The position numbers and the translations under genes were made by a program. This document shows, piece by piece, positions 1-10,493 of a DNA stretch of 64,000 bases. This DNA comes from an uncultured Planctomycetales bacterium (GTDB taxonomy: Bacteria > Omnitrophota > Gorgyraeia > Zapsychrales > Fredricksoniimonadaceae): positions 163,552 through 227,551 of the forward strand of contig CAZOXU010000001.1 of NCBI GenBank assembly GCA_964583975.1. The letters run 5' to 3'. Each line of letters starts with the position of its first letter. Position 1 is the first letter of the stretch. Under the pieces are notes generated by a model. The model was not told where the DNA came from, did not search any database, and saw nothing but the letters and a program-made list of their open reading frames with translations.

Positions 1-781
1 TTTCAGCTTTTCTTGGGGCACCAAACAACTCGATAAATTTGTCACTGAACATTCGGTTCTTGGTACAGAAATCAAAGTACTTCATGTTCATTAAAAAAGA
101 GCCATCGTCTTTTAAATCAATGAGATTATCTAAAATTTGACGCGTGTATTTAGCCTCTCCGTAGGGCGCTAAACCCATGACCTTATACTCACCCGAGTTG
201 ACTTTAAACCCTAAAAATCCTGTAAAGGTTGAGTATAGTAGTCCCAAAGAATTTGGAAAATGTAGTTCTTTTAAGATCTCAATCTTATTTTGATTACCAA
301 CGCCATATGAAGCCGTCGCCCACTCACCTACGCCATCGATCGTTAAAAAAGCTGCTTTTTCAAAAGGAGATGGGAAAAAAGCTGAAGCTGCATGCGATTC
401 GTGATGGTCAAAACAAACCACCTTAACAGAACAGTTAAGTTCCTTTTGAATCAATGCTTGGATATTTAATTTCTTAAATACCCACTCCCTCACCACCTGG
501 GCAAAACGGTCAAATCCTTGGGGCGCATAATCAATATGCGTTTGGATAATACGTTGAAATTTCTTTTTAGGATTATCATAAAAAGCAATCAGATCCAAAT
601 CAGATACCTGGATATTGCCTTCTTTTAAACAATAACGTATGGCATTGATGGGAAAATTCGGATCGTGTTTCTTACGCGTAAAGCTTTCTTCGGACGCCGC
701 AGCCACAATTTGGCCGTCTACCATCAAGGTGGCTGACGCATTATGATAAAAACAAGCTATGCCTAATATCTTTTTACTCAT
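1..781 (-). CDS. Carbamoyltransferase (NodU/CmcH/NovN family), N-terminal part; the C-terminus runs off the window start
   Basis: Manual minus-strand translation from the ATG at 779-781 gives MSKKILGIACFYHNASATLMVDGQIVAAASEESFTRKKHDPNFP... This is the Kae1/HypF-like N-terminal domain typical of O-carbamoyltransferases and a paralog of the 11726..13435 product. Its ATG overlaps the TGA of the upstream gene (ATGA). It is absent from the ORF track because it is truncated by the window edge. Confidence 0.6.
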   Translation of the reverse strand, partial: MSKKILGIACFYHNASATLMVDGQIVAAASEESFTRKKHDPNFPINAIRYCLKEGNIQVSDLDLIAFYDNPKKKFQRIIQTHIDYAPQGFDRFAQVVREWVFKKLNIQALIQKELNCSVKVVCFDHHESHAASAFFPSPFEKAAFLTIDGVGEWATASYGVGNQNKIEILKELHFPNSLGLLYSTFTGFLGFKVNSGEYKVMGLAPYGEAKYTRQILDNLIDLKDDGSFLMNMKYFDFCTKNRMFSDKFIELFGAPRKAE

Positions 782-1533
782 TGCACATCTACGATCGAGT
801 CTTCTCGTAAAGACTTAGCGTACCCTTCTTTTCTGATAATATGTCGGTTAAGCTTAGCAATCTGGGGATTTTGATCGATAAATGCTTTAATCTGTTCAAT
901 CGTAAAAACGCCAGAGCGCAAAGACAAAGCTTCAAAAATCGATTTAATAACCTCAAAATCCTGAGGCTCATCAACAGTCAAACGATACTGGCTATCATCA
1001 GTCGCATTCTCCAAGATGTAAATCTTAAATGATTCAGGATGATTCTTAATATATGGCATAACATGTTCACGCTCTGAGCGCAGCCTAGCATTTTGATGCG
1101 CCTTTTCTAAAGCACTAAAAGAGACAATTTCTACACTCATGCCTTCAGCAAAACTTAAACCGGTACTCAGATAATCGACCTTTTTCTCTAAATATGTTTG
1201 CACGACCGCATCGCACAACGCAGGATCCATAAGGGGACAGTCCCCAGTTAACCTCACCACATGATCGGCCTGGTATTTTTGAGCAGCCAAGAAATATCTA
1301 GAGAGCACATCCTCTTGTGAGCCACGAAAGACTTTGACTCCCAAGAACTCAACGTATCGAACCAGACGATCATCATCAGGACTAACCGAGGTTGCTACCA
1401 CAATTTGGCCCAGAGATTTCGCAAAACTCAAACGATCAAGCAAGTGGCCAATCAAAGGTTTACCACACACCTCTTTCATCACCTTTCCAGGCAATCGTGT
1501 GGAATTCATTCTGGCTTGAATGATGGTTAGCAT
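778..1533 (-). CDS. CMP-sugar cytidylyltransferase (acylneuraminate cytidylyltransferase / SpsF-PseF-like family)
   Basis: N-terminus IIQARMNSTRLPGKV is the hallmark of CTP_transf_3 family cytidylyltransferases. The product is ~250 aa and sits next to PseB/PseC-like genes. Confidence 0.6.
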   Translation of the reverse strand: MLTIIQARMNSTRLPGKVMKEVCGKPLIGHLLDRLSFAKSLGQIVVATSVSPDDDRLVRYVEFLGVKVFRGSQEDVLSRYFLAAQKYQADHVVRLTGDCPLMDPALCDAVVQTYLEKKVDYLSTGLSFAEGMSVEIVSFSALEKAHQNARLRSEREHVMPYIKNHPESFKIYILENATDDSQYRLTVDEPQDFEVIKSIFEALSLRSGVFTIEQIKAFIDQNPQIAKLNRHIIRKEGYAKSLREDSIVDVQ

Positions 1534-1535
1534 AT

Positions 1536-3656
1536 TTAAACATCACCTGTTGTAATCAAGCTGTGGATCAAATTAAACACAGTCGTAACGTCTTGATCAC
1601 TCATCGCTGGGAATAACGGAATCGACAGACACTGACTGTAATATTTCTTCATATTGGGATAATCATCGACATTGGTCTGAAAAGTTTTGGTGTAAAAAGG
1701 TTGCATCACAACCGGAATATAATGCACCTGCGTAATAATATGTTTATCTCGCAATTTTTGCATAAACGCCTTACGACTCATCTTGATCGCTTCAAAATCA
1801 ATAAGCAAAACAAACAGATGAAAATTACTGACACTATCAGGTACAGATGCAGGCAGCACAATATGCGGGGTATTCTTAAAAATTGCGTGGTACTTGTTTG
1901 CAATCTCACGGCGGCGTTCGATAAAAGATGGCAGTTTTTTTAATTGCGATAAGCCTAAAGCACTTTGAATATCGGTTAAACGATAATTAAAACCTAGAAG
2001 CTGTTGTTCATAATACCAAGTGCCTGGCTTCGCCTGGAATAGCTCGTCATCATCATTGGTAATTCCGTGCGAACGTAATTTCTTAAGGGTCTTGTATAAC
2101 TTTGCATCATTGGTTAAAACAGCACCACCTTCGCCTGTTGTTATATGCTTAACAGGATGAAAACTCATAATGGCCATATCCGAGTACTGACACGAACCAA
2201 CTTCGGAATTCTTATATTTTGATCCCAAGGCATGCGAAGCATCTTCAATGATATAGATCTTCTTGCCGAATGCTTTTTCTTTGGCAGTCACGATTTTCTT
2301 AATCGCTTCCATATCACAACTCTGCCCCGCAAAATGCACCGGAATAATGGCCTTTGTTTTAGCCGTAATCTTCTTTTCAATCTCAGAGGGAATAATGTTA
2401 TAGGTCTTTAGATCGATGTCAGCAAAAACTGGCCTGGCCCCGCAATACACAGCGCAATTAGCCGAGGCCACAAAGGTATTAGGTGATGTAATAACTTCAT
2501 CACCGGCAGTCACGCCAGCTGCTAAGCAAGCAATGTGTAAGGCCGATGTTCCTGAATTCACAACCAGGGTGTGCTTAGAAGAACATACCTTGGCTAACGC
2601 AGTTTCTAATTCATTAATCTTAGGACCTTGTGTGAGATTACTCGATTTTAAGACGCTAACTACAGCATCAATATCTTCCTGCGTAATGCTTTGACGCCCG
2701 TAAGGAATAGAATCTAGTTTCGGATAAATATCCGCTAGCTGACCTTGCTTGATTTGCGAAGGAACGCCTTTTTGATAGTCTTGATAGAATAGCTCGATGC
2801 ACTCTTCCATTGTAGGACATTGAGCATCAAGTGCTTGTTGGATTTTGGTTGTGTCTAAGGCCATAAATTTGCGACGCTTGGCTTTAAAATCAAAATCATC
2901 AATCGAAGTAGAGTCGATCAATTGCTCATCCAATTGAAAACGCTTGGCAATCTGGCGCGCAAATTGGTATTTGGACAAATGCGTGCGACTCGCTGCATTG
3001 TAGGTGCCTTTAATATTCTTTTGGATGGCCTTGTCGATCATCTTGGCTAACTCAAAGGTATAAATCGATGAGAATTGGGCATCTTGAAATCCTTTGATGC
3101 GATTGCGATTGGAAAGTTCATTGATCACCCACTCGCCTAAACTAAATTTATTCTGAATATTCCAACCAAAAATATTGGTCCTCAATATAAGAGTATTGGG
3201 ATGCTTGGAAGCCTCCTTTTCTGCTTCAATCTTGGTTTGAGCATAATAATTTGAAGGAATCACCGCATGCTCTTCATTAATCAAATGTGTTTGCTCATCG
3301 TAAATAGCATCGGTGGAGATATAAATAAAATGACAATCTCTCCTGGCCAGAGCTTCCACAAGATAACGTGTGGCTAAAACATTGCTCTTATAGGCTAAAT
3401 CTTGGTTGGCTTCGCAGTACTCAATATTGGAAAGGGCTGCGCAATGGATAAGGACATCTGGTTGGAATTCATCGACTAGAGATTTAGCTTGCCCAGGGTC
3501 GGTTAAGTCCAGTTTCTTCAAGGCGATCCCATCAATACTGCAAGCATGTTGATAGTATAAGCCTAAAATGCTGTATTGATCCTTCAGACAATGAGCTAAA
3601 TTATTGCCTAAAAGACCGCTGATCCCGGTGATTAAGACTTTTTTTTTAGTTTTCAT
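1536..3656 (-). CDS. Bifunctional fusion: N-terminal RmlD-like NAD(P)-dependent sugar reductase/epimerase domain plus C-terminal DegT/DnrJ/EryC1 (PseC-like) PLP aminotransferase
   Basis: The N-terminal 300 aa show a GxxGxxG-like Rossmann start (LITGISGLLG), a YAQTK (YxxxK) motif and RmlD-like context. The C-terminal half has VNSGTSALHIA, GDEVI and SFHPVKHITTGEGG (lysine motif of the DegT family). Confidence 0.6.
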   Translation of the reverse strand: MKTKKKVLITGISGLLGNNLAHCLKDQYSILGLYYQHACSIDGIALKKLDLTDPGQAKSLVDEFQPDVLIHCAALSNIEYCEANQDLAYKSNVLATRYLVEALARRDCHFIYISTDAIYDEQTHLINEEHAVIPSNYYAQTKIEAEKEASKHPNTLILRTNIFGWNIQNKFSLGEWVINELSNRNRIKGFQDAQFSSIYTFELAKMIDKAIQKNIKGTYNAASRTHLSKYQFARQIAKRFQLDEQLIDSTSIDDFDFKAKRRKFMALDTTKIQQALDAQCPTMEECIELFYQDYQKGVPSQIKQGQLADIYPKLDSIPYGRQSITQEDIDAVVSVLKSSNLTQGPKINELETALAKVCSSKHTLVVNSGTSALHIACLAAGVTAGDEVITSPNTFVASANCAVYCGARPVFADIDLKTYNIIPSEIEKKITAKTKAIIPVHFAGQSCDMEAIKKIVTAKEKAFGKKIYIIEDASHALGSKYKNSEVGSCQYSDMAIMSFHPVKHITTGEGGAVLTNDAKLYKTLKKLRSHGITNDDDELFQAKPGTWYYEQQLLGFNYRLTDIQSALGLSQLKKLPSFIERRREIANKYHAIFKNTPHIVLPASVPDSVSNFHLFVLLIDFEAIKMSRKAFMQKLRDKHIITQVHYIPVVMQPFYTKTFQTNVDDYPNMKKYYSQCLSIPLFPAMSDQDVTTVFNLIHSLITTGDV

Positions 3657-3662
3657 CGAATT

Positions 3663-4700
3663 TTATTGTGGAATATCATCCATGGCCCAACGAGATTGCT
3701 CGATGGTGTAATCATCAGCGATTTGCTCAACTAAACGACTTAATTCAGCCACACTCAACCATTGATCATTGTCGCCAGAGTTAAAACAGAAACCTTCATC
3801 ACAAAGCTTACCCTTACTTTTTAATAATTCCTCGCGTAAGGTCTTCTCGGGTTGTACAACAAAACAATCTTTAAAGCGTACGGCATTACGAGCCTCATCT
3901 TCACTGATCAACATTTCATGGATTTTCTCACCTGGGCGGATACCAACGACTTCTTGTTTGCAATCAGGACCAATGGCAGTCGCCAAATCGGTAATTTTCA
4001 TTGATGGAATATGAGGAACAAAGATTTCTCCACCTTTCATACGGGTTAATGATTCAATAACAAAATAAACAGTTTGATCCAAGGTAATCCAAAAACGAGT
4101 CATGCGAGGATCGGTGATCGGTAAGACGCCACTTTTCACTCTTTCCTTAAAGAAAGGAACGACCGATCCGCGACTTCCTAAAACATTACCATAACGTACA
4201 ACTGAAAAACGTGTACCACCTTCGTTCGAATAAATGTTAGCGGCAGTAAAGAGTTTATCGGAGCATAATTTGGTTGCACCATACAAATTGATTGGATTAC
4301 AAGCTTTATCAGTCGAAAGCGCAATGACCTTCTTAACGCCATTTTCCAAACAGGCTTGGATAATATTCATGGCTCCGTCGACATTGGTCTTGATATACTC
4401 TTCAGGATTGCGTTCAGCCGCAGGCACTTGTTTGAGTGCGGCTGCATGGATGACATAATCAACGCCACGAAAAACACGATTTAAACGGCCAAGATCTCTA
4501 ACATCACCTAAAACATAATCGAGGCATGGATATTTATGTGGATTAAAATACTGCGACATTTCAAATTGCTTTAACTCATCGCGGCTAAAAACGATCAGTC
4601 GTTTAGGTTTAGCTTGAGTCAATACGATTTGTAAGAACTTCTTACCAAAAGAACCTGTTGCCCCTGTTACTAAGATTGTTTTTCCATTCAATAAGTTCAT
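3663..4700 (-). CDS. pseB: UDP-N-acetylglucosamine 4,6-dehydratase (inverting), PseB/FlaA1/CapD family
   Basis: KTILVTGATGSFGKKF...LIVFSRDELKQFEM...GDVRD matches the extended-SDR PseB/FlaA1 family signature very closely. Confidence 0.7.
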   Translation of the reverse strand: MNLLNGKTILVTGATGSFGKKFLQIVLTQAKPKRLIVFSRDELKQFEMSQYFNPHKYPCLDYVLGDVRDLGRLNRVFRGVDYVIHAAALKQVPAAERNPEEYIKTNVDGAMNIIQACLENGVKKVIALSTDKACNPINLYGATKLCSDKLFTAANIYSNEGGTRFSVVRYGNVLGSRGSVVPFFKERVKSGVLPITDPRMTRFWITLDQTVYFVIESLTRMKGGEIFVPHIPSMKITDLATAIGPDCKQEVVGIRPGEKIHEMLISEDEARNAVRFKDCFVVQPEKTLREELLKSKGKLCDEGFCFNSGDNDQWLSVAELSRLVEQIADDYTIEQSRWAMDDIPQ

Positions 4701-4704
4701 AGTT

Positions 4705-5274
4705 TTATTCCACCTTTGCTATCAATAAACCATCTTTAGATAATTCATGCATTACGTCTATGACCTTTAAATACTCGGCCCCTTCAACCTGTACATCTTC
4801 TTTTCCTATCAATAAAACCCCTTTGGAGGTCTGATTCGTCCACTCATTAATATAATGAGTCTGGCAATTAGCCAAATCAGCTTCCTTGACCACCATTTCA
4901 ATGAGTGTGGCTAAATCCACGGTCGCTAAGACCCAAAATTCCCGTTCGCCTTGGGCATACAAAGCGACCATCATGTCGCGTAAACACGTTTTAATGAGGG
5001 AAATCGAATTAAGAGTTTTGATGGTGTATTTAATGGATTTACGCATCTTTTCGCTAAATCCTTTAGAGGTAAGAATGTACTGTATCTTGCGGCTATTGAG
5101 CTGTTGAATACGAATGTAACCTTTAGCAATCATTCGCTTTAAAAGCATATTGGTCATCCCTAAAGAAATGTCCATCTGGGTAGAGAGATTGCGCTGATTA
5201 TTGGCTATTTGGGAACCAATAATATTGATTAATTCAAATTCCCGCTCGTTTAAAGAACTGTTTTTTATGTTCAT
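4705..5274 (-). CDS. Putative winged-helix (MarR-like) transcriptional regulator
   Basis: The 189-aa product has an N-terminal segment resembling a wHTH (NQRNLSTQMDISLGMTNMLLKRMIAKGYI). This is a weak call. Confidence 0.3.
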   Translation of the reverse strand: MNIKNSSLNEREFELINIIGSQIANNQRNLSTQMDISLGMTNMLLKRMIAKGYIRIQQLNSRKIQYILTSKGFSEKMRKSIKYTIKTLNSISLIKTCLRDMMVALYAQGEREFWVLATVDLATLIEMVVKEADLANCQTHYINEWTNQTSKGVLLIGKEDVQVEGAEYLKVIDVMHELSKDGLLIAKVE

Positions 5275-5388
5275 TGTTTGAACATTATAAAAATAACGAC
5301 CATTAAGTCAAGTCATTTTAAACTTGGAAACCCGAATTTATAGAAAGTTTTTGTTTCCCTTGCTCTATGTAAACCTCGATGCTAATCT

Positions 5389-6816
5389 GTGTTCACAATG
5401 AAGCAAAAACCCTTCTCTGTAATCATCTTAGGTGTTTTTTTAAGTTCTCTCCTTTTTTGGATTTATTTAATCTTTAACACTCAGCAGGTCCTGGAAAATG
5501 ATGCGATTGGCTACGAACAATTAGGCCGTCTCATCCATACTCAAGGCTACATTCCCTATTTTGAAACCGGCCCTAACCGTGAACCCTTTTACCCTTCCTT
5601 AGTTGCTTTATCAATGTATCTGGAACCCATGCTCAGCATCTCATACACTAAAATTATCGCCACTTTAAGCGTCATTTTCCTGTTCATAAGCCAACTTTTG
5701 ACCTATTGCCTTTTGCAGCGACTCAATGTCCGCCCTCTGATATGCGTCATTATTCTTATTTATTTCGGACTATCCCCGGCCTTAGCCAACACTGCGTTTA
5801 GCTTATACTCTGAAATCGCAGCCATTCCTTTTGTTTTGATGGCAGCCTGGTTGACCGCTCACTCGTTTGAAACCCTCCCTCGGCAGCGATCAGTTCACAA
5901 TTGCTTGATAGGCGTAGCGCTTGGATTGTTATTTATTACAATCACCTTGACCAAATCGATTTTCGAGCCAATTTTCTTCATTTTTGTGATCGTTTACTTA
6001 GGTTTTTTCTTAAAATCCTTGATCCAAAACAATAAGCGTATCCTTCTAAACACCTTGGTCCTTCTGTTAACCTTTTACACCGTTTATGCCATACCGATTC
6101 ATGCTTATAAGATGTTAAATAAGAAATATAACAATCACTATGCCATCACTGATCGAGGCAGTTGGGCTTTGTATGGCAGCTGTGCTCTTAAAACCGAGCC
6201 GCTTACCCCCAGGGGTTTCTTGATCGCGCTTGCTCACGTGCCTGGCAAAGGTGCTTGCACGAAATTCTTTACAATTGAGGAATGTTCATATTGGGAACCT
6301 AACGTTACGAGTGATTCGCTAGGTGCAGCCAAACTTGGTGAATTTCGAGCTATGAAAATACCTGAAGAAGAAGCGGATCAATTCTTTTTAACAGCTTCGA
6401 AGGATAGAGTAATGGAACATCCTTTTCAGTTCACTCTCTTATCAACTTTGGATTGGATTAAAATGTTTTTCTGGGAATCAACTAAAATTGGATTTGTAAC
6501 CTACCCACCATGGTTAGCCAAGATTCATGATACGGGTATTTTTAAAGATGGTTTGCGCCTATTGGTGTCCTTAGTCTCTTTGATTGCCTTCTTTGGCCTC
6601 ATAGGGTTCCTGCGAAGTCCTTTGGATTTTCGACGCTTGCCTACCACTGAGGCTTACCAATGTTTTAGCTTATTTGTGATTGTTTTATTTTACACAGCTC
6701 TTCATGCACTATTTAACACAGTGCCTCGATGGGCCTTGCCCATTGCGCCATTATATCTCCTTGCTATCGGCTATGCCCTGCAACACTGGTGGCCTCAAAC
6801 AAAAAAGCGATCTTAA
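5389..6816 (+). CDS. Polytopic membrane glycosyltransferase, GT-C fold (ArnT/PMT, GT39/GT83-like)
   Basis: The product has ~12 predicted TM helices. Its first loop carries an acidic motif (ENDAIGYEQLGRL...YFETGPNREPFYPSLVAL) resembling the ArnT/PMT family. Confidence 0.4.
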   Translation: MFTMKQKPFSVIILGVFLSSLLFWIYLIFNTQQVLENDAIGYEQLGRLIHTQGYIPYFETGPNREPFYPSLVALSMYLEPMLSISYTKIIATLSVIFLFISQLLTYCLLQRLNVRPLICVIILIYFGLSPALANTAFSLYSEIAAIPFVLMAAWLTAHSFETLPRQRSVHNCLIGVALGLLFITITLTKSIFEPIFFIFVIVYLGFFLKSLIQNNKRILLNTLVLLLTFYTVYAIPIHAYKMLNKKYNNHYAITDRGSWALYGSCALKTEPLTPRGFLIALAHVPGKGACTKFFTIEECSYWEPNVTSDSLGAAKLGEFRAMKIPEEEADQFFLTASKDRVMEHPFQFTLLSTLDWIKMFFWESTKIGFVTYPPWLAKIHDTGIFKDGLRLLVSLVSLIAFFGLIGFLRSPLDFRRLPTTEAYQCFSLFVIVLFYTALHALFNTVPRWALPIAPLYLLAIGYALQHWWPQTKKRS

Positions 6817-8507
6817 AACTGCAAAACTAATATTTCATCGGATTTAACAGCACTGACGAGGAAAGGTGCAAAAGCCACATCTTGCCTTTGCAAAACGATA
6901 CGTTGATCTTTAGGAATGATCTTAGCCATTTGAACAAACTCTTGGTCTTCGGGTCGTAATACTTCCCAAGAACTTTTCTTAAAATCAGGGGCATTAGCTC
7001 GAAATACGGAAAGGGTTGTCAAGGCAAGCGCGATTAAAATACAACCACGAAACACAACGGTTTGAAATCTCTTCACTGAAACTACAGATATAAACATCAA
7101 AAACAAAGGTACGTACAAGAAGCGGCTTTGTTGAGAGCCCATCCACCAGCACAACCATCCCATTACCACCCAAAAATGAAAAAGTAGAAATTGTCGATGA
7201 CGTAAGGACTGGATAAATAAAGAAAGAAAAAGTCCTAAACATAACAGATAAACCAAACCCAAAGGATAATCAAAACGATTGTTCACATTATCTTCAGGCA
7301 CGCCAATCAGCCACAAATGCTCGATGAAATTTGTCAACGTGCGCGTCATACCATAGGTGTTCTTAACATCAGTCAATTGTTGGGAATTATTTTTAATCGC
7401 CTGCCAGGCCAACGAATTCTGATCAATATTCTTGTTGATCATCACCATACCTGCCCCGAAAGGATAAAGCGGCGTTCCACTGTAATATAACGACTTAAAC
7501 AAAAAAGGACCTGCGATAACGAGACTTGCCAACACAAAGACCCCGACCATGCGTTTAAGTCTAGCTCGATACTCACGCCAATCGTCAGCAGAAATCAATA
7601 AACCTTCGGTGAATCCTAATTGAATATTCTTACCCCATATTTTCTTTAAAAGATAATAACTGACGATGATCGCAACCAAAATTAATCCAACTTCCAACGG
7701 TCGAAATGATTTAGACCAAATAAAAAAAGCAGCCTCGATCGCTGACAAAACCAAGCTCCCTCTTAAGAAACTATCGATGCAAGCCAAAAATAAATACGCT
7801 TCGGCAAGCCCCATCATCGCAGTACCTACTTGAATACCTACACTGTGGGCACCTAATACAGCAAAAACCACGAGCACCTTGCTTAGTAAATCGTTATTAC
7901 CTAAACGTCGCATCAATGACCAACACACTAAAACTAACCCAATGAGAAAAACGAACTGAGGCCACTTATTAGGTAATACATCAATCAACCAAAATGGTGT
8001 TAAAGCAAAATCCATGGGTAGAAGAAAGAAATCTGCCGATGACCATCGCAAGTGTTCGAAGGATCCCATAAGCAAGTGCTGACGCGGGATGGTGATATGA
8101 TAATTAATCACATCAAATTCTTGGGGTAAATGTGGTGCTAAGCGTGAGGCATACAAACCAACCAGAAGTATAAAGAAACATAACCCAGCCCCCAGCCAAA
8201 CAAAAATCTTGTTGGCTAGACTTAAAGCCCCAAAGTCAAGCCGTATCTTCTTTAACGCAGCAACAATGCTTGACCACTCTTTAATCAAGATCACTATGAA
8301 TAAGGAAAGAGTAGCGAGCCAGGCTATGGGAGACACGGTAGCTTTATGGCTCGAAAGAAAATAAAGCTCTATCCAATATAAGGGAAAACCAACAATCAGA
8401 AAGAATGTCGGGAAATGAACACTGTAGGTTAATGTTTTTTTAAAAATACAACCACCCTCCAGGCTAGGTAGGCAACCAGAATAACCAAACAATAGATATC
8501 GACCCAC
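6813..8507 (-). CDS. Large polytopic membrane protein (possible GT-C glycosyltransferase or polymerase)
   Basis: The 564-aa product is highly hydrophobic with many TM segments. No specific motif was recognised. Confidence 0.3.
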   Translation of the reverse strand: MGRYLLFGYSGCLPSLEGGCIFKKTLTYSVHFPTFFLIVGFPLYWIELYFLSSHKATVSPIAWLATLSLFIVILIKEWSSIVAALKKIRLDFGALSLANKIFVWLGAGLCFFILLVGLYASRLAPHLPQEFDVINYHITIPRQHLLMGSFEHLRWSSADFFLLPMDFALTPFWLIDVLPNKWPQFVFLIGLVLVCWSLMRRLGNNDLLSKVLVVFAVLGAHSVGIQVGTAMMGLAEAYLFLACIDSFLRGSLVLSAIEAAFFIWSKSFRPLEVGLILVAIIVSYYLLKKIWGKNIQLGFTEGLLISADDWREYRARLKRMVGVFVLASLVIAGPFLFKSLYYSGTPLYPFGAGMVMINKNIDQNSLAWQAIKNNSQQLTDVKNTYGMTRTLTNFIEHLWLIGVPEDNVNNRFDYPLGLVYLLCLGLFLSLFIQSLRHRQFLLFHFWVVMGWLCWWMGSQQSRFLYVPLFLMFISVVSVKRFQTVVFRGCILIALALTTLSVFRANAPDFKKSSWEVLRPEDQEFVQMAKIIPKDQRIVLQRQDVAFAPFLVSAVKSDEILVLQF

Positions 8508-8513
8508 GTAATC

Positions 8514-9890
8514 TTACGCATAAGCTTCTAACTTATCCTTTGGATGAGTCTTTTCAATGTGCTTAAGCACCATTTCATAGGTTTTGTGCCACTGATAATC
8601 TTCATTACACACTTGCTGGTGCCATGAGACCGCCACATGAACTGATTTACAATGCTCTAGGGCATCTAAAATCTGCAAGGTCCTCTCGACAAAATAGACG
8701 TTTTCAACACCCTGCGACTGGTAAATATTAAAATCCATAATGACCTGTGGGATTTCTACATAATTAAAAGCACAGTCATTCTTGTGATCGTAAGGATGAA
8801 AAAGACTAGCACATCCGTTACGAAAACCCACGCGATCATTCCAACCCAAGGTCGAGTCATACTTAAATAATTTATTATGAATATACGGCGTAATGTCTTC
8901 GTTAAATCGTAACCAATGCTGTCTGACCTTAGTTACTGGCTCTTGAAGCACATTTTCTAAAATTTCTTTTTCTTGGCGTGCTAATTTCTCATTAATGGCT
9001 GCCAAATAACTTCCATGCAAGCCTATTTCAAAGCCTTCTTTTCGTAACTCGCGCAGCTTCTCCTGCAATGGCTTATTCTTTAATAAATCATACGTAGGAT
9101 CAATGATCCATGTGCGCAAATCTTTACGAATGGCCTGAGCGTGTATATAGAATATTGAACGTCGATTCGACTGCTTTTCTATATTCTCCCAGTAATCAAA
9201 ACACCAATACGATGGCTTTGAAAACAAAAATTTGACTGACTGATTAAGGCTTCTTAAGGCATCGGGGCCTTTAAAAATAAAACGAAAGATATCATAGGTG
9301 TTCAAAATGCTTTGCTTAAGCATAAACTGGAGTGTTTTGGAAAGATAGTCCACATCATGCGATAATTCTATCTTGGCTATCGGAGTTGCTTTAAATGTGA
9401 GATGCGGGAAACTTTCTCGAATCAGAATTTCCAAATCATTGAATAACCAATTCACAATGGGAACAGTTAACGACTTCTTGTCGTGACGCGGATGCAAAAG
9501 GCAGTGACTTAAAGTCTTCTGCCCTTTCAACGATGCACGGTATTCTTCCAAACGCGAAAGAAACACAAAGGCATTCCAGAAAAGATCATAGGACAAGGCA
9601 AATCGAAGATCAGACGTTTTAGTGTCTTCAACAACGTAAATCTTCTCATTGATATATTGAATATTGCCTTGCGGAAGGATGTTGGATTTATTAACTAAGG
9701 TAACCTTCCCCCCTTGATAATCTTGAGTATAAAAAATGACATTCTCTAATTTGGAAACATTGATTTTGTTGCTATTAACGATATCAATACCTGCTTCAAA
9801 ACCATTGATACTCTTAAATTCTTCCAGAATATACTTAAGCCAATGTGTATTCTGAAGATCGGTAACAATATTTAAACCAGCTGTTTTCAT
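8514..9890 (-). CDS. Hypothetical protein in the glycan locus
   Basis: The 458-aa ORF has coding-like composition and no motif I can assign. Confidence 0.25.
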   Translation of the reverse strand: MKTAGLNIVTDLQNTHWLKYILEEFKSINGFEAGIDIVNSNKINVSKLENVIFYTQDYQGGKVTLVNKSNILPQGNIQYINEKIYVVEDTKTSDLRFALSYDLFWNAFVFLSRLEEYRASLKGQKTLSHCLLHPRHDKKSLTVPIVNWLFNDLEILIRESFPHLTFKATPIAKIELSHDVDYLSKTLQFMLKQSILNTYDIFRFIFKGPDALRSLNQSVKFLFSKPSYWCFDYWENIEKQSNRRSIFYIHAQAIRKDLRTWIIDPTYDLLKNKPLQEKLRELRKEGFEIGLHGSYLAAINEKLARQEKEILENVLQEPVTKVRQHWLRFNEDITPYIHNKLFKYDSTLGWNDRVGFRNGCASLFHPYDHKNDCAFNYVEIPQVIMDFNIYQSQGVENVYFVERTLQILDALEHCKSVHVAVSWHQQVCNEDYQWHKTYEMVLKHIEKTHPKDKLEAYA

Positions 9891-9893
9891 AAA

Positions 9894-10490
9894 TTATTTC
9901 TCACCATAAACCCAGGTATTTAAACCCACCTGAAAATAACCCGTGTGTGTCTGGTTATGTTTAAAATTCGCTTCTTTCAATAAAGAACGCAGCGAATCGA
10001 TTGAATACGTCGCTTGAATACCCTCAATTTCCTGACGACTGATCAATGATATGCTAGCTAAGACTTTTAATAGCTGGGATGTGCACGGATGAGGCGTTGT
10101 CAGTATAAAACGTCCATGTGGTTTAAGGACGCGATAGACCTGCTTAAAAAGGCTAGCTGCTTGTTCATGATTAAAATGCTCTAAAACACCTAGCATGGTT
10201 ACCACATCAAAGAAATTTTCCTGATAAGGTATCGGCTTATCTTTTTCAATGGCTTCTCGATGAATCTGGATTTCCCCATTATCTGGTAAATCACCCGTTG
10301 ATGAATCGATGCCAAATTTCTCTTGGAAAGATGTTTGCAGAAGAAAGAAAGGAACAAGTCCGCAACCAATATCCAATATTCTCCCCTGTCGGTAAGAAGG
10401 TAATATAAGACTATCAGCCTTTCTCGCCCTTCGCTGGGCTAAGAAATTCTCTAACAAACCCTTACCTCTGGTGAGATTTGTTTGATTCAT
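9894..10490 (-). CDS. Class I SAM-dependent methyltransferase
   Basis: Motif I ILDIGCG is present, together with downstream acidic and VLEHF-type motifs. Confidence 0.6.
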   Translation of the reverse strand: MNQTNLTRGKGLLENFLAQRRARKADSLILPSYRQGRILDIGCGLVPFFLLQTSFQEKFGIDSSTGDLPDNGEIQIHREAIEKDKPIPYQENFFDVVTMLGVLEHFNHEQAASLFKQVYRVLKPHGRFILTTPHPCTSQLLKVLASISLISRQEIEGIQATYSIDSLRSLLKEANFKHNQTHTGYFQVGLNTWVYGEK

Positions 10491-10493
10491 AGA

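Noticed and set aside
229-426. 65-aa + strand ORF
   Set aside because: It lies antisense within the minus-strand carbamoyltransferase gene (1..781), which has a strong family match. It has no RBS and is a likely spurious ORF.
789-1032. Small ORFs on both strands inside the cytidylyltransferase gene
   Set aside because: They are overlapping/antisense to a well-supported CDS and have low-complexity translations.
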